From positions 202,814 to 266,813 of the forward strand of contig OZ253947.1 of NCBI GenBank assembly GCA_965267345.1: 64,000 nucleotides of DNA, read 5' to 3'. Shown one piece after another: positions 19,323-28,508 of this stretch. The stretch comes from Minisyncoccota bacterium. GTDB taxonomy: Bacteria > Patescibacteriota > Minisyncoccia > Phycocordibacterales > UBA2100. A program made the translations under genes and the position numbers. Below the pieces are notes generated by a model. That model saw only the letters and a list, made by a program, of their open reading frames with translations, was not told the origin of the DNA and did no database searches. Position 1 is the stretch's first letter, and every line of letters starts with the position of its first letter.

Positions 19323-20759
19323 ATGGTTGATCCAATTGAAATCATCAAACCACGGAGTTTAAGCCACTTATCGCGCACTATCGTTGCGTTGGTTGCCGGC
19401 CGATTGTGGCTGAAAGTAATCATTGGTCTACTTTTGGGTGCACTAGCGGGTTTTTTGCTCAATCCTGCAACCGCCCTTGTCAGCGCCAGCGCCGCAGAGG
19501 TGATTGGAAGCTGGGTGGCGCTGCCGGGAAAAGTTTTTCTCACGATTGTGCAGATGATTGTGGTGCCGCTGGTCTTTGCGTCTGTTATTCGCGGTATTGC
19601 CTCAAACAACAGTCTGCAGCAGCTCCGCAGTACCGGCCTAAAGTTGGTTGCGTACTTCATTGTCACCACGGCACTCGCTGCACTACTCGGTGTCTTTTTA
19701 GCGTCGGTCATTAAGCCGGGGCTATATGTTGATATCGCCTCGGGCGGACAGGTTGCTGCTACCGTCGAGCAAGAACTCGATGGCGGTGAGGCAGGCGTTA
19801 CAGGATTCGAGGATATTCCACAGGCCATCGTCGGCTTGCTGCCCGACAATCCGTTGAGTGACGCGGTTGAGGCGAACATGCTTCAAATTGTCCTGTTTTC
19901 TATCATTGTTGGTCTTGCCCTCATTACCATGCGGCCGGAACAGTCTCGCCCACTGCTTGACCTGATGGGTTCGGTATTGGAAGTCTCGATGACGATCGTT
20001 CGGTGGGTTATGGTGCTGGCGCCGTACGCCGTCTTTGGCCTCATTGCGCAATTAGTTATTGATACGGGTCTTGAAGCCTTCGTGGGCATCGGTGTTTTTG
20101 TGGCAACCGTACTGGGTGGGTTGCTCATACTCTTGGCATGCTATCTTGCCATTGCCTACGCATTTGGCGGGTGGTCACCACTGCAATTCTTGCGCAATAC
20201 CCGCGAGGCGCTGTTGCTCGCCTTTTCAACCGACAGTTCCGCTGCCACCATGCCGCTCTCGCTCAAGGTGGTTGAAGATAAGTTACGCGTGCGTCCATCA
20301 ATTGCACAGTTTGTGATACCGCTCGGCGCAACGGTGAACATGAATGCCACCGCACTCTTCCAAGGTTTGACCACGATCTTCTTCATACAGGTGTACGGCA
20401 TTGAGGTATCAGCCGGTGTGATCGCTGTCCTCGTACTCACCATCATTGGCTCGTCCATCGGAGCACCGGCCACACCGGGTGTCGGCATCGTTGTGCTTTC
20501 AGTTGTGCTGCGGAGTGTCGGTGTGCCGATTGAAGGTCTAGCACTGATAATCGGTGTCGACCAAATCCTCGAGCGCTTCCGCGCGATGCTCAATGTAACA
20601 GGCGACCTCACGGCAAGTGTGGTGATGGAGCGCCTCTCTCCGGAAGACGGCAGCGCATACGAAAAAGAAATGCTCGAAGAGAGTGTCCTTGAGCAAAAGC
20701 GCGCTGCCTCAGGCGAAGACGTGCTTTTGCAGCCGCACATTGATACGCGGCCGGCATAG
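19323..20759 (+). CDS. Dicarboxylate/amino acid:cation symporter (DAACS, GltP-like)
   Basis: QMIVVPLVF, AFSTDSSAATMP, PLGATVNMNAT, NVTGD. Confidence 0.93.
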   Translation: MVDPIEIIKPRSLSHLSRTIVALVAGRLWLKVIIGLLLGALAGFLLNPATALVSASAAEVIGSWVALPGKVFLTIVQMIVVPLVFASVIRGIASNNSLQQLRSTGLKLVAYFIVTTALAALLGVFLASVIKPGLYVDIASGGQVAATVEQELDGGEAGVTGFEDIPQAIVGLLPDNPLSDAVEANMLQIVLFSIIVGLALITMRPEQSRPLLDLMGSVLEVSMTIVRWVMVLAPYAVFGLIAQLVIDTGLEAFVGIGVFVATVLGGLLILLACYLAIAYAFGGWSPLQFLRNTREALLLAFSTDSSAATMPLSLKVVEDKLRVRPSIAQFVIPLGATVNMNATALFQGLTTIFFIQVYGIEVSAGVIAVLVLTIIGSSIGAPATPGVGIVVLSVVLRSVGVPIEGLALIIGVDQILERFRAMLNVTGDLTASVVMERLSPEDGSAYEKEMLEESVLEQKRAASGEDVLLQPHIDTRPA

Positions 20760-20779
20760 CTGCGCGCCCGCTCTTGCGT

Positions 20780-21193
20780 ATGATTCAGATTCTAACTGAT
20801 CGCGAGAAACGTTTTATTCGCTACGTCATCATCGGCCTGACGACATTTGCGATTGATCTCGGACTCCTCTGGCTCTTTATTGAGCTCGCCGGTGCACACT
20901 ACATCATTGCAACCGCGAGCGCGTTTCTAATCGCTGTTTCGTTTAACTACCTACTGAGCCGCTCACTCGTCTTTCGGGGCTCAGCCCGTAGCATCTGGTC
21001 GGGCTACACCTATTTTATTATCTTTGCGATTGTCGGTGCTGCGCTGACCGTATCGCTGATGTGGCTGCTTGTTGAGCATACAAACTTGCACTACGCACTC
21101 GTGCGTATTCTCATTGCGGGTTTTGTGGGCATTGGGAATTACCTTGCGAATCTGTATTTGAACTTTCGCTTGGCAGGGGAGGAGTTACGCTAG
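20780..21193 (+). CDS. GtrA-family protein
   Basis: RFIRYVIIG..TFAID, FNYLLSRSLVF, four TM. Confidence 0.88.
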   Translation: MIQILTDREKRFIRYVIIGLTTFAIDLGLLWLFIELAGAHYIIATASAFLIAVSFNYLLSRSLVFRGSARSIWSGYTYFIIFAIVGAALTVSLMWLLVEHTNLHYALVRILIAGFVGIGNYLANLYLNFRLAGEELR

Positions 21194-21783
21194 AGGATGC
21201 CGGTAAAAATCGCTATAGCGACGGCAACCAGCAGCAAAACCGAGAGCCACTTGCGAAAGGGGATGTATTCAAAATATTTTGCCGCGTAGACCACAAGCAC
21301 ATTTTGCAGCAACGCAGCGCTCAGGATACCGGTAACAGCCAGTGTCGTTGCGGTCGGCCCCTCAAGAAAGAGTGGTAGGAGCGCTAATGTATCATCGGCA
21401 ACGAGCGCCAGTGACGTGAAAAAACCAATTAGCAGTAGGGTAATGGTGTAGTAGTCGCCCGCAATGCGACTTGTTGAAAAGAATCGCTCCACGTGCCGCG
21501 AGAGCGCGTGAGCAAGTCTATCGATTGCATTGAAAAGCGTGAGTACGGCAACCGTAAGGACAAGGCAACCGGCAATAATGTTGAGATAGGGAAGTTGGCG
21601 CATCACATCGGCTGCAAGCAAGGCACAGATAATGGTCAGCGCCACTGCAAGCAGATTACCGCCAACAAAGGCCACGGTATGCGCGCGCGTTGTGCACACA
21701 CGGTTGAGAATGACGGTGCGCGAAATAGAGTCGTCGAGCGTCGTAACAAACTTTATGAGAAAGCCGACAATGAAGTACTCCAC
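21190..21783 (-). CDS. CadD/LysE-superfamily-like membrane transporter
   Basis: Two half-repeats TTLDDSI and ADDTLALLPLF; GTG start 6 nt after a TG-extended -10. Confidence 0.6.
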   Translation of the reverse strand: MEYFIVGFLIKFVTTLDDSISRTVILNRVCTTRAHTVAFVGGNLLAVALTIICALLAADVMRQLPYLNIIAGCLVLTVAVLTLFNAIDRLAHALSRHVERFFSTSRIAGDYYTITLLLIGFFTSLALVADDTLALLPLFLEGPTATTLAVTGILSAALLQNVLVVYAAKYFEYIPFRKWLSVLLLVAVAIAIFTGIL

Positions 21784-21811
21784 GTGCGCATAATAGCATG
21801 ACGACAACAGG

Positions 21812-21838
21812 AAAGGCCGCCCCGAAGGCGGCCTTTTT
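21812..21838. terminator. Intrinsic terminator
   Basis: AAAGGCCGCC-CCGAA-GGCGGCCTTT. Confidence 0.75.
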
Positions 21839-21857
21839 GCTGCTGTGCGGGCTTGAG

Positions 21858-22580
21858 TCAGAACGTGTAGCTCGAGCCGATCATGAGCGCAGTGAAGTGA
21901 TCCGTGCCTTCCACGCCGGTGTACCACGTGCCGTCCAGCATTTCCGCATTGAATTGAGCGGAGTAGCGGAAGGCGGCTTCGTGATCGGTGTGGTTGAACG
22001 CGTTTGCCACGTCGCCATTGAAGGAGAACGTGTCGGTGATCGGGACGGTGAGGCGAACCCCCAGACGCGTAATATGGTAGTTACGCGCCGACTCCGTACC
22101 GAGCAGGCCGATTTCGCGAACGAACGGCGTCAGGGTTGCCCCTGTGTCGCCGATAGCGAACGGATAGCCAACTTCAGCATGCAGGCTGATGATGTCATCC
22201 TCCCATGGCCCGATACCGTTGGGGCCGGGGATCATGAACCATGCAACCGAGAAGTTCGACGTGAAGCCGCCGCCCAAGCTCGGAGCGTAGGTGACCGTCC
22301 AGTCGATCTCGTCGCCGCCACGGGTGCCGTAGCTCCCGCCGCCGGCGACCTGCACAGAGTTCCAGAAGTCAAACGTCCATGCCCCGCAGGTGAGCGCGAC
22401 GGCCGTCTGCAGCACCGGATTGTCATCCGAGGCATTGATGTCGAGGTCTTGAAGCACGTAGGCCGTTTTGACCACGCCATTGACGGTCGTGTCGCACTCA
22501 CGTTCGCTCGCCATCGCCCCCGTGAGGGGAGTGAGGTAAAGGGTAACGCACAGCAGTGCGATGTTCCGCAGAAAAACCAT
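21858..22580 (-). CDS. Secreted protein resembling an outer-membrane beta-barrel (TIGR02001/TorF-like)
   Basis: Signal peptide, DEIDWTVTYA, alternating beta-strand pattern, C-terminal SYTF; GGAGG upstream. Confidence 0.65.
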   Translation of the reverse strand: MVFLRNIALLCVTLYLTPLTGAMASERECDTTVNGVVKTAYVLQDLDINASDDNPVLQTAVALTCGAWTFDFWNSVQVAGGGSYGTRGGDEIDWTVTYAPSLGGGFTSNFSVAWFMIPGPNGIGPWEDDIISLHAEVGYPFAIGDTGATLTPFVREIGLLGTESARNYHITRLGVRLTVPITDTFSFNGDVANAFNHTDHEAAFRYSAQFNAEMLDGTWYTGVEGTDHFTALMIGSSYTF

Positions 22581-22707
22581 TTCGGTAGTCCTCCACGTTG
22601 GTTCTCTGGGTGGATACGCAGGTTACTTCTATGTATATTTTGAAACATTTTTGGTGTTGAGTCAATATGTGTTTTCGGGTGCTCTGTATCTGATACACTA
22701 CATACAT

Positions 22708-23205
22708 ATGCTCAAGGCACACTACACCGTAAAAGATTTTCTGCCACTTATCGTTATTTTTGCCGGTATTTGTGCGATCAGTGCCGTGCTCTATCTTGTA
22801 AATGACATGGACATTCTGGTTGCCATGCGTGCCTTTATGGCCGGTTTCTTTTTGGTATTTGGTGCACTCAAAGTACTGCGCCTCAATGCATTTGCCGAGG
22901 CGTATCGCATGTATGATTTACTGGCGAAACGTAGTGTCGTGTATGCATACCTCTATCCGTTTATCGAGTTGGGGCTCGGGCTTCTCTATGCTTTTGGTGC
23001 GGTGCTACTGCTTACCAATAGTGTAACACTCGTCGTGATGCTCTTTAGTGCACTTGGCGTGTATCTCCAGTTACGCAAAGGCGAGACCATTATGTGTGCG
23101 TGTCTCGGTACGGTCTTTAAAGTGCCTATGACTTGGGTAACGCTCTTTGAAGATTTGCTCATGGCAGCTATGGCACTGGCGATGGTCGTCTGGTCTGCAC
23201 TGTAA
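22708..23205 (+). CDS. MauE/DoxX-family membrane protein
   Basis: FMAGFFLVFG..K...F..YDLLA...YPFIEL...CACLGTVFKVPM. Confidence 0.85.
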   Translation: MLKAHYTVKDFLPLIVIFAGICAISAVLYLVNDMDILVAMRAFMAGFFLVFGALKVLRLNAFAEAYRMYDLLAKRSVVYAYLYPFIELGLGLLYAFGAVLLLTNSVTLVVMLFSALGVYLQLRKGETIMCACLGTVFKVPMTWVTLFEDLLMAAMALAMVVWSAL

Positions 23206-23224
23206 TACAGTGCGCGCACGCGCA

Positions 23225-23404
23225 CTACTTTTCGTCGTTTTTGTTTTGCTGATCAAGGGTGACACCAATGGCAATGCCCACTGATGTACCAATGGCAATG
23301 CCGAGCGCGATATTGTCGAATGCCACACCAAGAGCAACACCGAGACTCGGCCCGAGCGCGGCAACGAGTGCAATGTACGACGCCTCTTTCGGGTTCTTGT
23401 CCAT
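23225..23404 (-). CDS. 59-aa glycine-zipper membrane protein (below ORF-track cutoff)
   Basis: Manual translation MDKNPKEASYIALVAALGPSLGVALGVAFDNIALGIAIGTSVGIAIGVTLDQQNKNDEK; TGcTATAGT 6 nt upstream. Confidence 0.75.
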   Translation of the reverse strand: MDKNPKEASYIALVAALGPSLGVALGVAFDNIALGIAIGTSVGIAIGVTLDQQNKNDEK

Positions 23405-23462
23405 CGTTCCACTATAGCAGAAAACGCGCGCGCCAGGTGTAGGAGCGTGCTACTATACTCTC

Positions 23463-23780
23463 ATGAACACGTATACATACATGCTCGGCATCGTGCTCGG
23501 TGTCGTTGTTCCCTTTATCGGTATTTTTATTGGTCTGCAGGTATCGACCGTACTCGGTACCATTCTGGCGTTTCCTGTCATCGGCGTTGCCTACATAACG
23601 GGAATTCCGTTTGGCGCGTGGGGTTGGAGTCTGATGATTACCGCGGTGGTGGTCTCAATCGTCGTGTGGACGGCCATTGTTGCCGCAGTGCAATACGCAT
23701 ACGCGCACGTTGCTCGTAATGAGGACAGCACCACAGTACCTACGGAGGATCAGCGGGAGCAGACTGCGGTACACGAGTAA
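23463..23780 (+). CDS. Small membrane protein
   Basis: Three hydrophobic helices. Confidence 0.7.
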   Translation: MNTYTYMLGIVLGVVVPFIGIFIGLQVSTVLGTILAFPVIGVAYITGIPFGAWGWSLMITAVVVSIVVWTAIVAAVQYAYAHVARNEDSTTVPTEDQREQTAVHE

Positions 23781-23795
23781 TCCACCACACACAAA

Positions 23796-23824
23796 TGCAA
23801 ATAATTTGCAAATAAAAATTTGCA
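23796..23824 (+). promoter_or_regulatory. Palindromic operator (Fur/Zur-like 7-1-7) next to a TATAAT promoter
   Basis: TGCAAAT-A-ATTTGCA, 14/15 identical to the site upstream of znuA. Confidence 0.55.
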
Positions 23825-23887
23825 GGTTATAATCACGTGTGCAGGCATCACGCTTGCATTCCACACCAGAAATGAGGAGAGGTTGCC

Positions 23888-24145
23888 ATGAGTGCACCCT
23901 GCGGCGGTTGTCCGCCGTGCTGTAATCAATGTCCGTTCTCGGGCAAGGCGGAGGCTCATTCCGGCGGCGCTGTGACGGAGGTCGTTTCATCGAAGGCGTA
24001 CGGATGCGCCAAAGGTGCGCGTTCCGTCGTCATCGATGAGTACGGAACGCTTGGCCTCATGAGCAGTGACGGGTTTCATCCCATCACTGCTGAGGGGTCT
24101 GACTTCCTTCAGAGCACCGGAAATTCGCTTGCTGCTTTCTGCTGA
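23888..24145 (+). CDS. Small Cys-rich protein
   Basis: CGGCPPCCNQC N-terminus; GAGGAGAGG upstream; own terminator. Confidence 0.65.
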   Translation: MSAPCGGCPPCCNQCPFSGKAEAHSGGAVTEVVSSKAYGCAKGARSVVIDEYGTLGLMSSDGFHPITAEGSDFLQSTGNSLAAFC

Positions 24146-24169
24146 TCGCAGCGTACGCACATTCTGGTT

Positions 24170-24202
24170 GTCGCCGGACCTCTTGCGAGGTCCGGCGACT
24201 TT
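24170..24202 (+). terminator. Intrinsic terminator
   Basis: GTCGCCGGACCTC-TTGC-GAGGTCCGGCGAC-TTT. Confidence 0.8.
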
Positions 24203-24232
24203 ACTACTTATTCACGCATAATTTGTACATCC

Positions 24233-24577
24233 ATGTTTATTGAGTACCTTATTCTAGTGTCGTTTATAACGACTACTGCCCTTATATGGCGAACTGCGTT
24301 ACTCGACCACCCGCGATTACTCGCGTTTATTGAAAGCATTCCGATTATCGGAGGAGCATTACGATGCGGGTTTTGTTCCGTTTTATGGCTTACTCTTTTA
24401 GGTGTATTGGTGCATAATCCATTTGCAGTATATCTTGTTGAGGTACCGGCCATTATTGAAATTTGGATAGGATGGTTTGTTGTGGGTGCAGGAGTGCTCC
24501 TTTTCCGCAATACTCTTGCAGTCTTGCTGGAGGGCGCAGGAGTCTTAACGCACTTGCATCGGTCACACGAGAAGTAG
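24233..24577 (+). CDS. DUF1360-like membrane protein
   Basis: LRCGFCSVLW CxxC motif between TM helices. Confidence 0.65.
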   Translation: MFIEYLILVSFITTTALIWRTALLDHPRLLAFIESIPIIGGALRCGFCSVLWLTLLGVLVHNPFAVYLVEVPAIIEIWIGWFVVGAGVLLFRNTLAVLLEGAGVLTHLHRSHEK

Positions 24578-24643
24578 CCGATGCCTTCCACGTCAGGTTA
24601 TCTACATATGTACCATGACTCGGCAGTGGGAGTTCCAAAAATA

Positions 24644-24860
24644 TCAACGGTAAACTCGGTCCATACAAAAGAAACAACAATGGCAATACCAAGCCCAATC
24701 AGTAGTTGGCGCTATGGCGAAGCCTGTGCTGCTATAAGAAATGCGTACGAAAATAAGGAGAATTGCTGCTGCGACAAAATACAATACAGTCAACCACATC
24801 GCATCGGTAAATTGCATTACAACAAGCGGAATCAATAGCGCAAGTGCCGTGACGGCAACA
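24644..24860 (-). pseudogene. 5'-truncated or degraded membrane-protein gene
   Basis: VVAVTALALLIPLVVMQFTD..W reads without a proper start and breaks off at the att-like relic. Confidence 0.45.
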
Positions 24861-24917
24861 ACGTGGAATACGTTAGAACCTTCGTAAGCGATTTATAGCG
24901 AGTTTCTAACGGGACTA

Positions 24918-25922
24918 TTATTCGATATTCCAAACAACTCCATCATCTTGATGGTGTATTGCCCATGAAAACCACATTTCGTAGTACCCAGGGATAGGTT
25001 CACCATCGGCAGTGACCTCTATACCATCTTCAACTCTTTCTGCTTTGAGTAATACACCATTTGCATCTAACTCTGCCACATCACTCAGTTCATCATCAGC
25101 AAACGCGTAGGAGTTACCCCCAAATGGCACGACATACATTATTTTTTTTGCTGGGTAGCGCTTGTCAGAAACCGAAACGGGGAAATATAGCTCATCAGTG
25201 AGGCCATACCCTGAATACGGCTCGATATCATATGATCGGCTGAAACCAGTATCTCTGCTCAAAACACGAGCATCTGGGTGGAGCTCTTTGAGTTTTTCGA
25301 ACTCAAGGAGTTTCATGTCGATAAGGGAAAGTTTTGTTCCGGTGTATTCACCAACTACGGCCTCGTTTTTTGCCTGTGACCAAAGCGACTCCGTTTTCGT
25401 ATCGTACATGAGCAAATTGGATTCCCACAGGAGACCGCTTACGCCAAACCTAAGCACATCGCCGTTCACCTGGCGATCAAAAACGATGGCGCTGCCACAC
25501 AGTGGGCAAAAAGTAACGGCAAAATGCGTATCATTGATAGAGTCGTTCACTATCTCATGCCAGACAAGAATATTATACGGGTAGTATCGCTTTTCGCCCC
25601 CAATAGTAACGAGCACACCCAATACATCGTCACCGACGTCGACGGATTCGACAGACTCAAATTTCGGCGCGTTGATCGCGGGGATGCCATCTTTACCTGG
25701 TCCGCCTGATAGGATCTCATCCAGCGCGATACTCTTTTTTGCGGTATTTGTCTCAAGACCGAACGAAGACAGTGCTGCTTTGGCATCCTTTTGATCAGTG
25801 TGCGCAAGTGTTGGCGTCGTGTTGACACCCGTATAGCTAGTATATAGCGCCCATACGGCGGCAATCACTAACGCCAGGATTCCCACTCCGCCCCATGCGC
25901 GTTTGGAAATTTTAAGAAACAT
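24918..25922 (-). CDS. DUF3179-family protein
   Basis: GGPGKDGIPAI, WHEIVND, VTFCPLCGS, FGVSGLLWESNLLMYD..TESLWSQ. Confidence 0.9.
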   Translation of the reverse strand: MFLKISKRAWGGVGILALVIAAVWALYTSYTGVNTTPTLAHTDQKDAKAALSSFGLETNTAKKSIALDEILSGGPGKDGIPAINAPKFESVESVDVGDDVLGVLVTIGGEKRYYPYNILVWHEIVNDSINDTHFAVTFCPLCGSAIVFDRQVNGDVLRFGVSGLLWESNLLMYDTKTESLWSQAKNEAVVGEYTGTKLSLIDMKLLEFEKLKELHPDARVLSRDTGFSRSYDIEPYSGYGLTDELYFPVSVSDKRYPAKKIMYVVPFGGNSYAFADDELSDVAELDANGVLLKAERVEDGIEVTADGEPIPGYYEMWFSWAIHHQDDGVVWNIE

Positions 25923-25969
25923 GTGTCGAGTATAGCACATGCGGCATATGTGTGCGTATCATACACAAC

Positions 25970-26734
25970 CTACTGGCATTCTGGGTCTTGGTCCAGAGCG
26001 TTTGTGGTGTTCCGCCAGCTTTCTGCCGTATTCCCATGTGCCGGAATACCGTTGGCGCTTTTCAGTAGTGCCGCCATGTGCATCAGGTTCCATGCCATAA
26101 ATGTTGCGTGCTTGTTGGTGAATTCATTGTCGTAGCCAATGGGTGTTTCGCTATCGTCAATCGGCATGCCGCCCCACATGGTATCACCGTAACTTGGACC
26201 AGGTCCCACTTCACCGAGCCACGCAGCGTCTGCTTGCGGCGGTATCGTATATCCGATGTGCGAGAGTGCATACAAAATGTCCATAGCGCAGTGCTTTGCA
26301 CCGTCTTCGTTCCCGGTCACAACACACCCACCTACTTTCCCATAGTAGATGTATTGACCTTTTGCATTCTGGTCGCCGCTATAGGCGTACATTCGCTCAA
26401 TGACGTGTGTCGCAACACTCGACTTTACACCGAGCCAAATAGGTGTGCCAATGACAAGAATATCGGCTCTGTCGATTTTTTGCTGTATCACTGGCCAGTC
26501 ATCTTTTTGCTGCGGGTCTTCTACATCTCCATCTTTAATCATACCGAATGCAATCGTGTGATCGAGGGCATATAGTTGTTCAACAAAAATGCCCTCCTGA
26601 CGCATGATACCCGCTACACGATTCAAAAGGCGCTGGGTATGTGATTTGGCAGCATCTTTTTTTATGGAACAATTGATAAAAAGAGCCGTGAGTTCAGAGT
26701 ACTTTTGTGCAGCTGAGGTTTTTTTGAGTTCCAT
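25970..26734 (-). CDS. Flavodoxin / NADPH-dependent FMN reductase family protein
   Basis: ALFINCS, ADILVIGTPIWLG, VTGNEDGAKH, GPGPSY. Confidence 0.9.
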   Translation of the reverse strand: MELKKTSAAQKYSELTALFINCSIKKDAAKSHTQRLLNRVAGIMRQEGIFVEQLYALDHTIAFGMIKDGDVEDPQQKDDWPVIQQKIDRADILVIGTPIWLGVKSSVATHVIERMYAYSGDQNAKGQYIYYGKVGGCVVTGNEDGAKHCAMDILYALSHIGYTIPPQADAAWLGEVGPGPSYGDTMWGGMPIDDSETPIGYDNEFTNKHATFMAWNLMHMAALLKSANGIPAHGNTAESWRNTTNALDQDPECQ

Positions 26735-26912
26735 AGTGTTATTTTTATGTTTTCCAGTACGAAAGCACATACTAACATCAAGACTAACTGTCGCAATTAT
26801 TGCCAGCACCAAACTACTGGTTATATGTGGAAAGAGAATAAGAATATATGTTTTCGCGTAAAAATTTGTTACACTGAGCGGGTAGTATTGTTAAGTAAGG
26901 TTCAAAACTACT

Positions 26913-27158
26913 ATGGAACATACAAACAAAGAGCAGAGTATCAGAGAATATGAGGCTAAAATTCAAGAATTGGAATCCAAAGCAAATGCTCTGGGTGATT
27001 CTGCTAAAGCAGAGATTGAGGAGTTAAAGTCAGAAGCGCAAAATGTAATAGGCAAGTGGCAGGATGCTGCTGAGGAAGAATGGGAGGATATGCGAACGGA
27101 AGCAGATGCAGCCGTAACTGCTCTGCAGAATAAAGTGTCGGAATATACCAGAAACTAG
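26913..27158 (+). CDS. Small coiled-coil, stress-protein-like
   Basis: EAKIQELESKA...AAEEEWEDMR heptads. Confidence 0.7.
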   Translation: MEHTNKEQSIREYEAKIQELESKANALGDSAKAEIEELKSEAQNVIGKWQDAAEEEWEDMRTEADAAVTALQNKVSEYTRN

Positions 27159-27381
27159 GGAGAACTCTGATAGGGCTCCTTCAAAAGTAACAACACCCGC
27201 AGGCGAGGGTGTTTTTACTTTTTCGTGAATTAAAAAATGCAAGTTGTACCACTGGCGCGCTCCTCCTGTTGTATGCATTCAGAACTGGTAGTTGGAGAAA
27301 AGTACAGGAGGATCTTATGAGAGTCTCTTTCGTGTAGCAGAAGGACATCTTTACAAATGTATGGATACATATACAATACGT

Positions 27382-27400
27382 AATGCAAACAATTTGCATT
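27382..27400 (+). promoter_or_regulatory. Putative Zur/Fur-family operator upstream of znuA
   Basis: AATGCAAAC-A-ATTTGCATT inverted repeat about 110 bp before znuA. Confidence 0.6.
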
Positions 27401-27511
27401 TATGCACAAAGCATTTATAACGATCGGAAGTTGTTTGGTGCGTTTGGTTTGCTCGCGAAAAGGTGTGTAAAATTCTAATTATTTAATAGGCACATAGATA
27501 AAAATTGACGT

Positions 27512-28507
27512 ATGCAAAAAATTATTATTGGAGTAGTGGCTTTAGCACTGGTTGTTGGAGGAGGCCTCCTCCTGGCTAATGGTAATGGAACTGAACGACC
27601 ACTAGAAAACAAAGTAGGCGCCACTATTTTTCCGGTCTACGACATAGCGCGACAAATTGCAGGGGAGGAGTTTGAGGTAGTGCTGTTATTGCCTGCCGGA
27701 GCCTCACCGCATACCTTTGATCCGCAACCAAGTGTGGTGCGGGGTCTTGAAGGTGCGCGAGCAGTGTTTGCTATTGGCCATGGTTTGGACCAATGGTCTA
27801 AAAATTTGACAGATTCTCTTGATATTCCTCGTGTTGTTGTTGACGGTCATATTGAACTTAGGGAATCGCATCATGAGGAACACGGAGACGGACACAATGA
27901 CCACGGACATAACGATGATACACATGAGGACGGGCACCATGACCACACAGATGAGCATGAGGAGCATGAAGAAGGTGACCATGGACACGAGCACGGACCA
28001 ATTGATCCACACTACTGGCTTTCTCTTGAGAATGGGGCTCATATTGCAGAGAACATTGCCGAAGAACTCGGGAGGTTGGATAGTGAGAACAAAGCACTAT
28101 ATCAAGCACGCGCAGAAGCTTACGGCGCTGAGCTTGACTCGTTGCGCGATGAGTTGCGAGACGACCTTTCACCACTTGGCAATCGAAACATCATCTCACT
28201 TCACGATGCGTGGTTTTATTTTGCAGACGCGTTTAACTTGAGCATTGTTGGAACGTTTGCGCCGTCTGCGGGAAAGGAACCCACACCCCAGTACCTAGAG
28301 CGGTTACAAGAGGAAGTTCTTGAACAAGGGGTTCAGGTTATCTTCATCGAACCTCAGTTATCAACAGACTCTATTCGAGCTTTCGCAAATGATAACGCGC
28401 TTGACATCGCAGTACTTGATCCTCTTGGAGGAGTTGAGGGGCGACAAAGTTATATCGATCTGATGCGCTATAACGTAGAGCAAGTGGTATCAGCCCTCAA
28501 AGAGTAG
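27512..28507 (+). CDS. znuA: Zinc ABC transporter substrate-binding protein
   Basis: GASPHTFDP, long His/acid-rich loop, DPHYWLS, HDAWFYFA, LDPLG. Confidence 0.93.
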   Translation: MQKIIIGVVALALVVGGGLLLANGNGTERPLENKVGATIFPVYDIARQIAGEEFEVVLLLPAGASPHTFDPQPSVVRGLEGARAVFAIGHGLDQWSKNLTDSLDIPRVVVDGHIELRESHHEEHGDGHNDHGHNDDTHEDGHHDHTDEHEEHEEGDHGHEHGPIDPHYWLSLENGAHIAENIAEELGRLDSENKALYQARAEAYGAELDSLRDELRDDLSPLGNRNIISLHDAWFYFADAFNLSIVGTFAPSAGKEPTPQYLERLQEEVLEQGVQVIFIEPQLSTDSIRAFANDNALDIAVLDPLGGVEGRQSYIDLMRYNVEQVVSALKE

Positions 28508-28508
28508 A

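Noticed and set aside
21798-22643. 281-aa plus-strand ORF
   Set aside because: Antisense to the signal-peptide gene that has the SD and terminator; a product of high GC.
27865-28000. CAT/GAC/GAG-rich repeat-like DNA
   Set aside because: Encodes the ordinary His/acid-rich loop of ZnuA.
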